64,000 nucleotides of DNA from positions 91,099 to 155,098 of the forward strand of contig CALWEH010000007.1 in NCBI GenBank assembly GCA_944377145.1, read 5' to 3'. The notes under the pieces are model-generated. The model saw nothing but the letters and a program-made list of their open reading frames with translations, was not told where the DNA came from and did no database searches. The position numbers were made by a program, and so were the translations under genes. Origin of the DNA: an uncultured Clostridia bacterium. GTDB taxonomy: Bacteria > Bacillota > Clostridia > Christensenellales > UBA1242. Positions 8,945 to 19,084 of this stretch are shown one piece after another; position 1 is the stretch's first letter, and the number at the start of each line of letters is the position of its first letter.

Positions 8945-11584
8945 ATGAAAAAATTTGTTTACTTGTTTAGTGAGGGTAATGCTCAAATGAGAGAACTTCT
9001 TGGCGGTAAAGGTGCTAATCTTGCTGAAATGACTAAAATTGGTTTGCCAGTTCCTCAAGGCTTTACAATCTCTACTGAAGCGTGTACACAATACTATGAA
9101 GATGGCAGACAAATTAATCCTGAAATTCAAGCTGAAATTTTAGCTAATATTGAAAAAATGGAAGCTATAACAGGTAAAAAATTTGGCGATAAAGAAAATC
9201 CTCTTCTAGTTTCTGTTCGTTCAGGTGCTCGTGCTTCAATGCCTGGTATGATGGATACTATTCTAAATTTAGGTTTAAATGAAGATGTAGTAGAAGTTAT
9301 AGCTAAAAAATCTGGAAATCCAAGATGGGCATGGGATTGTTATAGAAGATTTATCCAAATGTTTAGTGATGTTGTAATGGAAGTTGGTAAGAAGTATTTT
9401 GAAAAACTTATCGACCAAATGAAAGAGAAAAAGGGAGTAGAGTTTGATACTGAATTGACAGCAGATGATTTGAAAGAACTTGCTCGTCAGTTTAAAGCTG
9501 AATATAAAAATCAACTTGGAAAAGATTTCCCTTCTGACCCTAAGGAACAATTATTTGAAGCTATTAAAGCTGTATTCCGTTCATGGGATAACCCAAGAGC
9601 AAATATTTATCGTATGGATCATGATATACCATACAGTTGGGGAACAGCAGTTAATGTTCAAATGATGGCTTTTGGAAATATGGGAGATACATCTGGAACA
9701 GGAGTGGCTTTCACTCGTAATCCTGCTACAGGAGAAAAAGGTTTAATGGGAGAATTCTTAATGAATGCCCAGGGTGAAGACGTTGTTGCTGGAGTGCGTA
9801 CTCCAATGCCTATTCAAAAAATGGCTGAAATTATGCCAGAAGTTTACACTCAATTCCAAGATATTTGTAATACACTTGAAACTCATTACAGAGATATGCA
9901 AGATATGGAATTTACTATTGAAAATAAAAAGTTGTATATGTTGCAAACTCGTAATGGAAAGCGTACTGCAGCTGCCGCAATTAGAATTGCTTGCGATTTG
10001 ATTGATGAAGGAATGATAACTGAAGAAGAAGCTTTAATGCAAATTGATGCTAAAACTTTAGATATGTTGTTGCACCCTCAATTTGATGCAGAAAATTTAA
10101 AAATTGCTAATAAGAATAACTTGATAGGTAAAGGTATAGCTGCCAGCCCTGGAGCTGCTGCAGGAACTATAGTATTTACAGCTGAAGATGCAGTAATTCA
10201 TGGAAAAAGAGGAGAAAAAGTAGTTCTTGTTCGTTTGGAAACTAGCCCAGAAGATATTGAAGGAATGAAATATGCTCAAGGTATTTTAACTGTTCGTGGA
10301 GGTCAAACTTCTCATGCTGCAGTAGTAGCTCGTGGAATGGGAACTTGCTGTGTATCAGGTTGTGGCGATATTAAAATGAATGAAGAAAATAAATGCTTTA
10401 CTCTTGCAGGAAAAACATATCATGAGGGAGATGCTATTTCTCTTGATGGATCTACAGGAAATATTTATGATGGTTTAATAAAAACTGTTCCAGCTGATCC
10501 TAATAGTGGATATTTTGGAAGAATTATGAAGCTAGCTGATAAATATCGTAAATTGGAAGTTAGAACTAATGCAGATACTCCAGTTGATGCAAAGCGTGCT
10601 GTTGAGCTAGGTGCTCAAGGAATTGGCTTATGCAGAACTGAACACATGTTCTTTGATCCAGATAGAATTGGAGCATTCCGTGAGATGATTTGCTCAGATT
10701 CAGTTGAAGAACGTCAAACAGCTCTTGCTAAAATTGAACCAATGCAACAAGCTGATTTTGAAGGTTTAATGGAAGCTTTGCAAGGAAATCCTGTTACAAT
10801 TCGTTTCTTGGATCCACCTTTGCATGAATTTGTTCCTACTGAAGAAGCGGATATAGAGGCTTTAGCTAAGGCTAAAAATAAGTCTGTAGCTCAAATTAAG
10901 CAATATATTACAGATTTACACGAATCTAATCCTATGATGGGTCATAGAGGTTGCCGTTTAGCTGTTACATATCCTGAAATTGCTGTTATGCAAACTAGAG
11001 CAGTAATTAAAGCTGCAATTAATGTTCAAAAACGTCACCCTGATTGGAAAGTTGTTCCTGAAATAATGATTCCTTTAGTAGGGGAAGTGAAAGAACTTGC
11101 TTTTGTTAAAAAGATTGTGGTTGAAACTGCTGACGAATTAATTAAATCTAGTGGAATTGACTTACATTATGAAGTTGGAACAATGATTGAAATTCCTCGT
11201 GCAGCACTTACTGCAGATGAAATAGCAAAAGAAGCAGAATTCTTCTGTTTTGGAACAAATGATTTAACTCAAATGACATTTGGATTTAGCCGTGACGATG
11301 CTGGAAAATTCTTGCCATCATATTATACAAATAAAATTTATGAGAGTGATCCTTTTGCTCGTTTGGATACTACAGGTGTAGGAAAACTTATGGAAATGGC
11401 TGTTAAATTAGGAAGAACTACTAGACCTAATATTCATTGCGGAATTTGTGGAGAGCATGGAGGAGACCCTTCAAGTATAGAATTTTGCCATAAAATTGGG
11501 CTTAATTATGTATCTTGCTCACCATTCCGTGTGCCAATAGCAAGACTTGCAGCTGCTCAAGCGGCAATTAAAGATAAAAAATAA
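8945..11584 (+). CDS. ppdK: Pyruvate, phosphate dikinase
   Basis: GGKGANLAEM, the phospho-His region GGQTSHAAVVARGMG, and GICGEHGGDP. ATG 8945 has RBS AAAGGAGA; the ORF-track start at 8894 was rejected. Confidence 0.95.
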   Translation: MKKFVYLFSEGNAQMRELLGGKGANLAEMTKIGLPVPQGFTISTEACTQYYEDGRQINPEIQAEILANIEKMEAITGKKFGDKENPLLVSVRSGARASMPGMMDTILNLGLNEDVVEVIAKKSGNPRWAWDCYRRFIQMFSDVVMEVGKKYFEKLIDQMKEKKGVEFDTELTADDLKELARQFKAEYKNQLGKDFPSDPKEQLFEAIKAVFRSWDNPRANIYRMDHDIPYSWGTAVNVQMMAFGNMGDTSGTGVAFTRNPATGEKGLMGEFLMNAQGEDVVAGVRTPMPIQKMAEIMPEVYTQFQDICNTLETHYRDMQDMEFTIENKKLYMLQTRNGKRTAAAAIRIACDLIDEGMITEEEALMQIDAKTLDMLLHPQFDAENLKIANKNNLIGKGIAASPGAAAGTIVFTAEDAVIHGKRGEKVVLVRLETSPEDIEGMKYAQGILTVRGGQTSHAAVVARGMGTCCVSGCGDIKMNEENKCFTLAGKTYHEGDAISLDGSTGNIYDGLIKTVPADPNSGYFGRIMKLADKYRKLEVRTNADTPVDAKRAVELGAQGIGLCRTEHMFFDPDRIGAFREMICSDSVEERQTALAKIEPMQQADFEGLMEALQGNPVTIRFLDPPLHEFVPTEEADIEALAKAKNKSVAQIKQYITDLHESNPMMGHRGCRLAVTYPEIAVMQTRAVIKAAINVQKRHPDWKVVPEIMIPLVGEVKELAFVKKIVVETADELIKSSGIDLHYEVGTMIEIPRAALTADEIAKEAEFFCFGTNDLTQMTFGFSRDDAGKFLPSYYTNKIYESDPFARLDTTGVGKLMEMAVKLGRTTRPNIHCGICGEHGGDPSSIEFCHKIGLNYVSCSPFRVPIARLAAAQAAIKDKK

Positions 11585-11727
11585 TTTATATAATTTTAAA
11601 TTTTATACATATTAATTTAAAGGCTTATTATAATTTGTAGTTCGCTTAGAATTATATATAAGTAACATCAAACTGCAAAACAGATTTGATTTCAAAGTTG
11701 TAGTTCGCTTAGACTTTGATAAAAAAG

Positions 11728-11752
11728 CTCTGATTTTAATCAGAGTTTTTTT
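11728..11752 (+). terminator. Intrinsic terminator downstream of ppdK
   Basis: CTCTGAT-TTTA-ATCAGAG hairpin followed by T7. Confidence 0.75.
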
Positions 11753-11817
11753 AAATATATTTTTAATTTGTTGAAATTAAAATAAAGCTGTGCTATACTT
11801 TAATAGTTGAAATATAT

Positions 11818-12360
11818 ATGAGAGTTATATCAGGAAAATATAGAGGAAAAGTATTAAAAGAATTTTCTTTGGCTTCTACAAAACCCACATTAGATAGGGT
11901 AAAAGAAGCTGTGTTTTCTTCAATTCAATTTGATATAATTGGTGCTAAAGTTTTAGATTTGTTTTCTGGAACAGGGGCTTTAGGTATTGAATGTATATCA
12001 AGAGGGGCTGAAAAGGTGGATTTTGTAGATAATAATATACAAGCTATTAAATTAATACATAAAAATTTGGAAGGAATTGAAGGGAATTTTACTGTTAACA
12101 ATATAGATTTTTTAGAATTTTTAAAAAATGCAAAAAGAGATAATATAAAGTACAATATAATATTTATAGATGCCCCCTTTGCTACAAATTATGCTAAAAT
12201 TGCTATAGATTATATTATATCAAATGATTTAGTTGAGTCAAAAGGAATTATAATATATGAAAAAGCTTACAACACTGCATTTCAATTTAGCTTTGAAGAT
12301 TATAGTTGTATTCAAAAAAAATATGGTAGTGTAGAAATTGTTAAAATTATAAAAAATTAA
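11818..12360 (+). CDS. rsmD: 16S rRNA (guanine966-N2)-methyltransferase RsmD
   Basis: MRVISGKYRGK start, SAM motif DLFSGTGALGIE, and FIDAPF. Confidence 0.85.
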   Translation: MRVISGKYRGKVLKEFSLASTKPTLDRVKEAVFSSIQFDIIGAKVLDLFSGTGALGIECISRGAEKVDFVDNNIQAIKLIHKNLEGIEGNFTVNNIDFLEFLKNAKRDNIKYNIIFIDAPFATNYAKIAIDYIISNDLVESKGIIIYEKAYNTAFQFSFEDYSCIQKKYGSVEIVKIIKN

Positions 12361-12376
12361 TAAAAATGAGGGATAT

Positions 12377-13204
12377 ATGGATTTTGTAAAACTAAAAGAT
12401 AGAATAGTTATTGAAGATTTATCTCAATTTAATATCCAACAGATTTTAGATTGTGGTCAAATATTTAGATATAATATTACAGACAATATTGCAGAAGTTA
12501 TATCTAAAGATAAATATGCAAAAATTATTAGTCATGATAAATATGTTGAAATTTTTAGCAATAATTTAGATTATTTTGAGAATTTTTTTGATTTAAATAA
12601 TGATTATAATAAAATAAAAAATGTTTTAAGTAAAGATGAGTTTTTGGCTAAATGTGTACAATATGGATATGGCATTAGAATACTTAATCAAGATTTGTTT
12701 GAAATGATAGTTAGCTTTATTATTTCTGCCAACAATAATATAAAGAGAATAAAAAATTCATTAAATCATTTAAGTGAAAAATTTGGAGATAATAAAGGGA
12801 GTTACTACGCTTTTCCCACATTGCAACAATTAAAAAAAGCCACAGTTCAGGATTATATTGATGCTGGATTGGGATATAGAGCCGAGTATATGTATGATAC
12901 AATTAGTAAATTGACTGATAAAGATTTAACAGAATTTAAATATAAATCAAAAGAGGAAAGGTTAAAATTTTTATTAAATTTAAAAGGAGTGGGGGAAAAA
13001 GTAGCTTATTGTATATTATTATTTGCTTTACATGAAACAAGTGTATTCCCTGTTGATACTTGGATTAATAAGGTATATAATGATTTAACTAAAACAACCT
13101 CTACTAATAGGAAAGCTATAAGTAAGGATTTAATTAATAGATATAAAGATTTGTCTGGATATGCTCAACAATATTTCTTTTATTATTATAGATCTAAAAA
13201 GTAA
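12377..13204 (+). CDS. ogg: 8-oxoguanine DNA glycosylase / DNA lyase (Ogg, HhH-GPD family)
   Basis: HhH-GPD region LKGVGEKVAYCILLFALHETSVFPVDTW. Size matches clostridial Ogg. Confidence 0.8.
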   Translation: MDFVKLKDRIVIEDLSQFNIQQILDCGQIFRYNITDNIAEVISKDKYAKIISHDKYVEIFSNNLDYFENFFDLNNDYNKIKNVLSKDEFLAKCVQYGYGIRILNQDLFEMIVSFIISANNNIKRIKNSLNHLSEKFGDNKGSYYAFPTLQQLKKATVQDYIDAGLGYRAEYMYDTISKLTDKDLTEFKYKSKEERLKFLLNLKGVGEKVAYCILLFALHETSVFPVDTWINKVYNDLTKTTSTNRKAISKDLINRYKDLSGYAQQYFFYYYRSKK

Positions 13205-13213
13205 AGAGTGATG

Positions 13214-13246
13214 AAAAAAAATCTACCTATTAAAAGGTAGATTTTT
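13214..13246. terminator. Bidirectional terminator between ogg and the convergent membrane-protein gene
   Basis: A8-ATCTACCT-loop-AGGTAGAT-T5. Confidence 0.75.
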
Positions 13247-13274
13247 GTATGTAAAAGATTTTTATTTATAAACC

Positions 13275-13859
13275 TTAAGCTTCTTTACGATTTAAGAATG
13301 TTACTACACTTGTAGCAATAAAGGCTATAATACTAATAATTAACATAACTATTTGATAAGCGCCAACTTTAATGCTTAAGTTAATATAATCCATTGGAGC
13401 GCCTGATAATGTTAACATGTCTAACATAAAATCATGCATAGATCCAGCATAAACAGATGATGAAATCATTAATCCAATAGTAATTACTAAGAATAAAGCT
13501 ATTAAAACTATGGTAATAATATCAAACACTTTGTCAGAAGCATGGATTACATTTAAATTCTTTAACAATAAAACAATAGAGTAAAGAATTAAAATTATTG
13601 AAATAACTAATATAGCTATAGCAAATATTTTCATCCATACAAACTCAGTTTTAAGCCCTAATTCTTTAGCTTGAGTGTATAAGTCGCCATCAGTAATTAT
13701 TTTAAACGCTTTAGTTGTTTCATTTGCATTTTCAGCGGCAACACCAGGTACATTCATTTTCATAGACATAACCATACCAGGACAAGCAGATAAAGCTAAT
13801 CCACAAACGCCAGAAATGAAACTAACAATACATCCAAGCCATTTCTTAATAAAGTTCAT
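13275..13859 (-). CDS. Hypothetical integral membrane protein (about 5 TM)
   Basis: ORF with RBS (AGGAGG on the minus strand at 13866-13871) and repeated hydrophobic segments. Confidence 0.6.
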   Translation of the reverse strand: MNFIKKWLGCIVSFISGVCGLALSACPGMVMSMKMNVPGVAAENANETTKAFKIITDGDLYTQAKELGLKTEFVWMKIFAIAILVISIILILYSIVLLLKNLNVIHASDKVFDIITIVLIALFLVITIGLMISSSVYAGSMHDFMLDMLTLSGAPMDYINLSIKVGAYQIVMLIISIIAFIATSVVTFLNRKEA

Positions 13860-14103
13860 ATTTTACCTCCTTTCTGCAATCATTATATAATATATATTAT
13901 AACTAGTCAACCAAAATTAGACATTTGTCTACAAATTATTTTAATTTAAATAAAAAATAATAAAAAATAAATATATTAAAATTAAATTAATTTTTAATAT
14001 TTTTATATTTAAAATGAATTATTTTTATTTTTTTACAATATTTAAATTTTATTTGACAAATATTTTTTTTAGATATATTATTTAAATGGGAGAGTTTTAA
14101 TTA

Positions 14104-15030
14104 ATGCAATTTAATCACATATCTGTTTTAAAAGAGGAAAGCATTTTAGGGTTGAATATAAATCCTGAAGGTATTTATGTGGATTGCACTTTAGGTGGAG
14201 GAGGACATTCATTAGAGATTGTAAAAAAATTAACTAGTGGAAGATTGTTTTGTTTTGATAAAGATTTAGATGCTATTAATTATGCAAAAACTGTATTGGA
14301 TAAATATTTAGATAAGATTACAATAATTCATGATAATTTTAAAAATATTAAGAAAAGATTACAAGAGTTTGGAATAACTAAAGTTGATGGTATTTTATGT
14401 GATTTGGGGGTATCTTCCTATCAATTAGATACAGCAGAGAGAGGGTTTAGTTATAGATATGATGCGAAATTAGATATGCGTATGGATAATACTAGTGGTA
14501 TTAGTGCGTATGAAGTAATTAACAATTATACTAGTGAGCAGTTAGAAAAAATCTTATTTAAATATGGTGAAGAAAAAAATACATTTGCTATTGTAAAGAA
14601 AATTATTCATGATAGAAAAATAAAACCTATTCAAACTACCTTTGAGTTAAAAGATATAGTTGTATCATGTTATCCGCCAAAACTTAGAAACAAGCCAGCA
14701 TTGGCGAATAAGGTTTTTCAAGCAATTAGAATTGAAGTTAACGGAGAGTTAGATGATTTAAATAGTTTGGAAGATATGATAGACATTTTAAATGAGAAAG
14801 GAAGATTATGCGTAATAACTTTTCATCCACTTGAAGATAGAATTGTAAAAAATACATTTAAATTGCATAGTACAGATTGTTTGTGTCCTCCACATATTCC
14901 TAAATGTGTGTGTGGTCATGTTAGTGATGTTATATTGATTAACAAAAAACCAATTATACCTAGTGAAAATGAAATGTTAAAAAATTCTCGTTCTGCTAGT
15001 GCTAAGTTAAGAATTATTGAAAAAAAATAA
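14104..15030 (+). CDS. rsmH: 16S rRNA (cytosine1402-N4)-methyltransferase RsmH/MraW
   Basis: HISVLKEE, DCTLGGGGHS, DLGVSSYQLD. It is the first gene of the dcw cluster. Confidence 0.95.
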   Translation: MQFNHISVLKEESILGLNINPEGIYVDCTLGGGGHSLEIVKKLTSGRLFCFDKDLDAINYAKTVLDKYLDKITIIHDNFKNIKKRLQEFGITKVDGILCDLGVSSYQLDTAERGFSYRYDAKLDMRMDNTSGISAYEVINNYTSEQLEKILFKYGEEKNTFAIVKKIIHDRKIKPIQTTFELKDIVVSCYPPKLRNKPALANKVFQAIRIEVNGELDDLNSLEDMIDILNEKGRLCVITFHPLEDRIVKNTFKLHSTDCLCPPHIPKCVCGHVSDVILINKKPIIPSENEMLKNSRSASAKLRIIEKK

Positions 15031-15095
15031 TTAATTTGTAAAAATGTATAACAATTATATAAAAATATGTTATTCTATATATAAGGAGGGGAAGT

Positions 15096-15644
15096 ATGAA
15101 TGAATTGGAAAGAGAGACTTTAACTAGTACTAAAATAGATTCTGAAGTAAAAGAAAATGAATTTTCTTTAGAAAATCAAGAAATAAAACTTGATAATTTA
15201 CCAAGATATGAAGATTTAATTGCCCCTCAAATAAATACTAAATTAGATAATATGCAAGAGGTAGAAAATTTACCTTTGTTTGAACCTCGAAAAGAAGAAA
15301 AAGCTAAAAAACCTGCAGAAATTATTCAGCAAAAAAGGTTTAAAATTGCTGTAAGTACATTTGCTATTATTGGAGTTTTGCTTTTTGCTTGTGTTTTAAT
15401 AAACGGTGTGTCGCTTGCTATGTTGGCAAGAGATGTAGATGACAATAAAAATGATATAAATGCACTAACAGAAGAAGTTGAATCTCTTGAAAACCAAGGT
15501 TTTGACATAGATAGTGGGCTAATACAGGGTGGAGCTGAAAATATGAGTTATAAACTTGCACTTCCTAGGAATTATCCTGATAATACAGCAGATCTTACAT
15601 GGTTTGATAAACTTAGTATATTTTTAATGAAACTATTTGGTTAA
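15096..15644 (+). CDS. FtsL-like cell-division membrane protein
   Basis: Single TM helix followed by a coiled-coil segment. Located between rsmH and the PBP gene. Confidence 0.5.
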   Translation: MNELERETLTSTKIDSEVKENEFSLENQEIKLDNLPRYEDLIAPQINTKLDNMQEVENLPLFEPRKEEKAKKPAEIIQQKRFKIAVSTFAIIGVLLFACVLINGVSLAMLARDVDDNKNDINALTEEVESLENQGFDIDSGLIQGGAENMSYKLALPRNYPDNTADLTWFDKLSIFLMKLFG

Positions 15645-15681
15645 ATAGCATAAATAATGGGATTGTAAAATACAATTAAGT

Positions 15682-17598
15682 ATGAGTAAACTTAAAAGAT
15701 TTTACAATCTTTTTTCATTTCAAAAAAGAATATTTATAATTATAATAGCTTTTTTGTTAATTTTTTTCACTATTTTTTGTAGGTTGGGTTATTTAACACT
15801 AATATCAGGTAAAGACATTCAAGTGATGGCGGGAAGCCAATGGTTACGAGATTTACCTCTCTCAGCCAAAAGAGGTGATATATTAGATAAGAATGGTGTT
15901 CTTTTGGCTACAAGCAAAACTACATACGATATATATGTTAGAGCTAGAAGTGTAGATAGTCCAATAGAATTAGCAAAATTATTGAGTGAAAAATTAAATT
16001 TAGATTTTGATAAAACTTATGCAAAAGTTACTAATAAATCTGTATCTGAAACCCTTATTAAATTGCAGGTGGAAGAAAATACAGCTTTGTCTATAGTAGA
16101 AACAGGGGTGAAAGGAGTGTATTTATCTCAAAATGTAGGGAGGGTATATCCATACTCGAATTTACTCACTCAAGTTTTAGGATTTTGTTCAATAGATAAT
16201 GCAGGACAAACAGGATTGGAAAGTTATTATGATAAATATTTAAAGGGTGTTGATGGTAAAAGCTTGGTGCAAACCAATGCGCAAGGCTTAGAAATAGATA
16301 ATTCTTTAGCTTACTATATTCCAAGTATTGCAGGAGCTAATTTAACAACTACTATTGATATTTATTTGCAAATGATATTAGAGAAGTATTTGCAGGAAGC
16401 CTTAATTGAACATAAAGCTAAAAATGTTTCTGGAATAATATTAGATGCTACAAATGGAGATATTCTAGCTATGACTAATCTTCCAGATTTTGATTTAAAT
16501 AATATTCCTAGAGATAATCTAGAGGAGTTATTTGCCTTAAGTAAAAATACATCAGTGGTAGATGTATATGAACCTGGAAGTACTTTTAAAATAATAACTG
16601 TGGCGGCAGCTTTAAACGAAGGCTTAACTGATTTAGATGATTTGTTTTATTGCGGAGGAAGTTGTGTAGTAGATGGAGAAAGAATTAAATGCTGGAAAAC
16701 GCAAGGTCATGGCTCTCAAAATTTAATAGAAGGGTTTAAGAATAGCTGTAACTGTGTATTTGTGGAACTTGCTATGAGGCTTGGAGTAGATCGACTATAT
16801 AAATATATGGAAATGTTTGGTATAGGGTCTAAAACAGGAGTAGATATAGCTTCAGAAAGCTCTGGAATAGTTATGGCGAAAAATAGCGTGAAAAATGTTG
16901 ATCTAGCTCGCATAGGGTTTGGGCAATCAGTAGCTGTAACTGCACTACAATTAGCATCTGCATTTGGCTATATAACTACAGGCAAATTTGTAACACCACA
17001 TTTAATAAGTAATATATATACAAATTCTTCTACATTGTATAATTATACTCAAACTTTCAAAGATTTAGATTTAAAAGATGAAACGATTTCAGCTATAAAT
17101 AACATGTTGGCAAACAATATTAATACAGAAGGAAATTTTACCTTTGTTCCAGGTTATGATGTTGGAGGTAAAACAGGAACTGCTCAAAAGTTTGAAAATG
17201 GAGCCTTGGCAGTAGGAAAATATGTATCAAGTTTTATTGGAGTATATCCTACAAATAAGCCTAAATACATAGTATTTATAAGCGTGAATGAACCTTCAAA
17301 TGGAGCATATTATGGAGGAGTGGTAGCAAAACCTATTGGACAGAAAGTTTTTCAAGAAATGTTTACTGTAAAAAATATTCCGCCAGATGATGCTAGTCAG
17401 CTTGACAATCAACCTAATATTGAAATGCCAAATGTTGTAGGAAAAACAGTGGCAGACGCCTGTGCAGAATTGAAAGTTTTAGGATTGAATGTGAATGTAG
17501 ATGGTCTTGGAGGATATGTAATTAGTCAGTTACCTTTACAAGGTGTGAAAATATATGCTGGTGAAGAAGTTTTGATTAAAAGTAATGAAGTGAGTTAA
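15682..17598 (+). CDS. Class B penicillin-binding protein (FtsI/SpoVD type) with C-terminal PASTA domain
   Basis: STFK, SCN and KTGT active-site motifs, an N-terminal TM helix, and a PASTA-like tail (MPNVVGKTVADACAELKVLGLNV). Confidence 0.9.
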   Translation: MSKLKRFYNLFSFQKRIFIIIIAFLLIFFTIFCRLGYLTLISGKDIQVMAGSQWLRDLPLSAKRGDILDKNGVLLATSKTTYDIYVRARSVDSPIELAKLLSEKLNLDFDKTYAKVTNKSVSETLIKLQVEENTALSIVETGVKGVYLSQNVGRVYPYSNLLTQVLGFCSIDNAGQTGLESYYDKYLKGVDGKSLVQTNAQGLEIDNSLAYYIPSIAGANLTTTIDIYLQMILEKYLQEALIEHKAKNVSGIILDATNGDILAMTNLPDFDLNNIPRDNLEELFALSKNTSVVDVYEPGSTFKIITVAAALNEGLTDLDDLFYCGGSCVVDGERIKCWKTQGHGSQNLIEGFKNSCNCVFVELAMRLGVDRLYKYMEMFGIGSKTGVDIASESSGIVMAKNSVKNVDLARIGFGQSVAVTALQLASAFGYITTGKFVTPHLISNIYTNSSTLYNYTQTFKDLDLKDETISAINNMLANNINTEGNFTFVPGYDVGGKTGTAQKFENGALAVGKYVSSFIGVYPTNKPKYIVFISVNEPSNGAYYGGVVAKPIGQKVFQEMFTVKNIPPDDASQLDNQPNIEMPNVVGKTVADACAELKVLGLNVNVDGLGGYVISQLPLQGVKIYAGEEVLIKSNEVS

Positions 17599-17607
17599 GG
17601 AGGGAAT

Positions 17608-19062
17608 ATGAATTTACATCAACTTATTCAAAATGTTCAATTCAAAGGAATTAAAAATTATAAAGAACTTGAAATAGACAATCTATCTAATACAAGCAAA
17701 GAGAAAAATCCTAATGGAATATATTTTTGCTTAAAAGGAAAACTAGATGGTCATGATTATGCAAATGAAGCTATAGATAATGGTGCTGTATGCTTGGTGG
17801 TAGAAAGATTTTTAGATCTTCCAATTACCCAAATATTGGTTGAAAATGCAAGGCTTGCAATGTCTAGCATAAGTGCAAATTTTTATGAGTTTGATAAGTC
17901 TAAAATTAAATTTATAGGAATAACAGGAACAAATGGAAAAACAACTACTGCTTTTATAATAAAGCATATTTTACAAGGGTTAAATAAATCTGTAGGAATG
18001 ATTGGAACTGAGGGTGTATATATAAATAATTTGGCTCTGCCTGCTCAGTTAACTACTCCAGACCCTATAAAGCTTCATAAAATTATACATGATATGGATT
18101 TAAATAATATTGAATATATAGTTATGGAAGTTTCTGCCCATGCACTTGCATTAAATAAAGTGGATAGTATTATGTATGATGTTGTAGGAATAACAAATAT
18201 TACTCAAGACCATCTTGATTATTTTGCCAATATGAATAATTATGCTAGTGCAAAAGCAAAACTTTTTACATATAACCATGCCAAAAGGGCAATAATAAAT
18301 ATTGACGACAAATATACTAGAGCAATATTAAGACATTCTAATATTGAGAGTAAAACTTTGTCTGTACATTCACCTGCAGATATTATGGTTGAGGAAGATA
18401 ATTTTGACATGACAGGAACTAAAGCAATTATTAATATAAATGATAGAAATTATATGTTAAATACAAATCTTGTGGGAGAATATAATTTAGCTAATACTTT
18501 AATGGCAATAAGTATATGCAATGAATTAGGTTTTGAAGTGGGAGATATTTTAAGCTGTTTAAATAACGCAAAAATTTTTGTTCCTGGAAGATTAAATTTA
18601 ATTCCTCTTGAAAATAGGGCAAGTGCTATAATAGATTTTGCTCATACACCAGATGGAATGTATAAAGTACTTTCTACTTTAAATAAAATGAAAAAAGGCA
18701 AACTTATAGTTGTATTTGGTTGTGGCGGTAATAGAGATAATTCAAAACGACATAAAATGGGAGAGGTAGCAACCAAATTTGCAGATTATGTTATAGTTAC
18801 TAGCGATAATCCTAGATTTGAAAATCCTCAACAAATAATAAGTGATATTTTAAAAGGTGTTAATACTAACAAAACTATTAGTATTGAAAATAGAAAAGAT
18901 GCAATTAAATATGCAGTAACATTGGCAAAAGAAAATGATATAATAGCTATTTTGGGTAAAGGGAATGAGCCATATCAAGAGATAAATGGAGTAAAATATC
19001 CTTATAATGATTATGATGTGATTAAACAAATGTTTACAAAAGAAGCTGACTTAGATATTTAA
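17608..19062 (+). CDS. murE: UDP-MurNAc-L-Ala-D-Glu:meso-DAP ligase MurE
   Basis: GITGTNGKTTT P-loop and the DNPR motif (TSDNPRFE). Confidence 0.9.
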   Translation: MNLHQLIQNVQFKGIKNYKELEIDNLSNTSKEKNPNGIYFCLKGKLDGHDYANEAIDNGAVCLVVERFLDLPITQILVENARLAMSSISANFYEFDKSKIKFIGITGTNGKTTTAFIIKHILQGLNKSVGMIGTEGVYINNLALPAQLTTPDPIKLHKIIHDMDLNNIEYIVMEVSAHALALNKVDSIMYDVVGITNITQDHLDYFANMNNYASAKAKLFTYNHAKRAIINIDDKYTRAILRHSNIESKTLSVHSPADIMVEEDNFDMTGTKAIININDRNYMLNTNLVGEYNLANTLMAISICNELGFEVGDILSCLNNAKIFVPGRLNLIPLENRASAIIDFAHTPDGMYKVLSTLNKMKKGKLIVVFGCGGNRDNSKRHKMGEVATKFADYVIVTSDNPRFENPQQIISDILKGVNTNKTISIENRKDAIKYAVTLAKENDIIAILGKGNEPYQEINGVKYPYNDYDVIKQMFTKEADLDI

Positions 19063-19084
19063 TAAATTTAAAAGGAATATATTT

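Noticed and set aside
11635-11713. Possible mini-CRISPR array (repeat-spacer-repeat)
   Set aside because: There are only two copies of a 16-nt repeat, with no palindromic repeat structure and no cas genes in the window.
13890-14050. About 160 bp of essentially 100% A/T low-complexity DNA, considered as a possible replication origin or DNA-unwinding element
   Set aside because: There are no DnaA-box-like TTATCCACA motifs nearby and no dnaA or dnaN context. It is more simply an UP-element-rich promoter spacer for the dcw operon.
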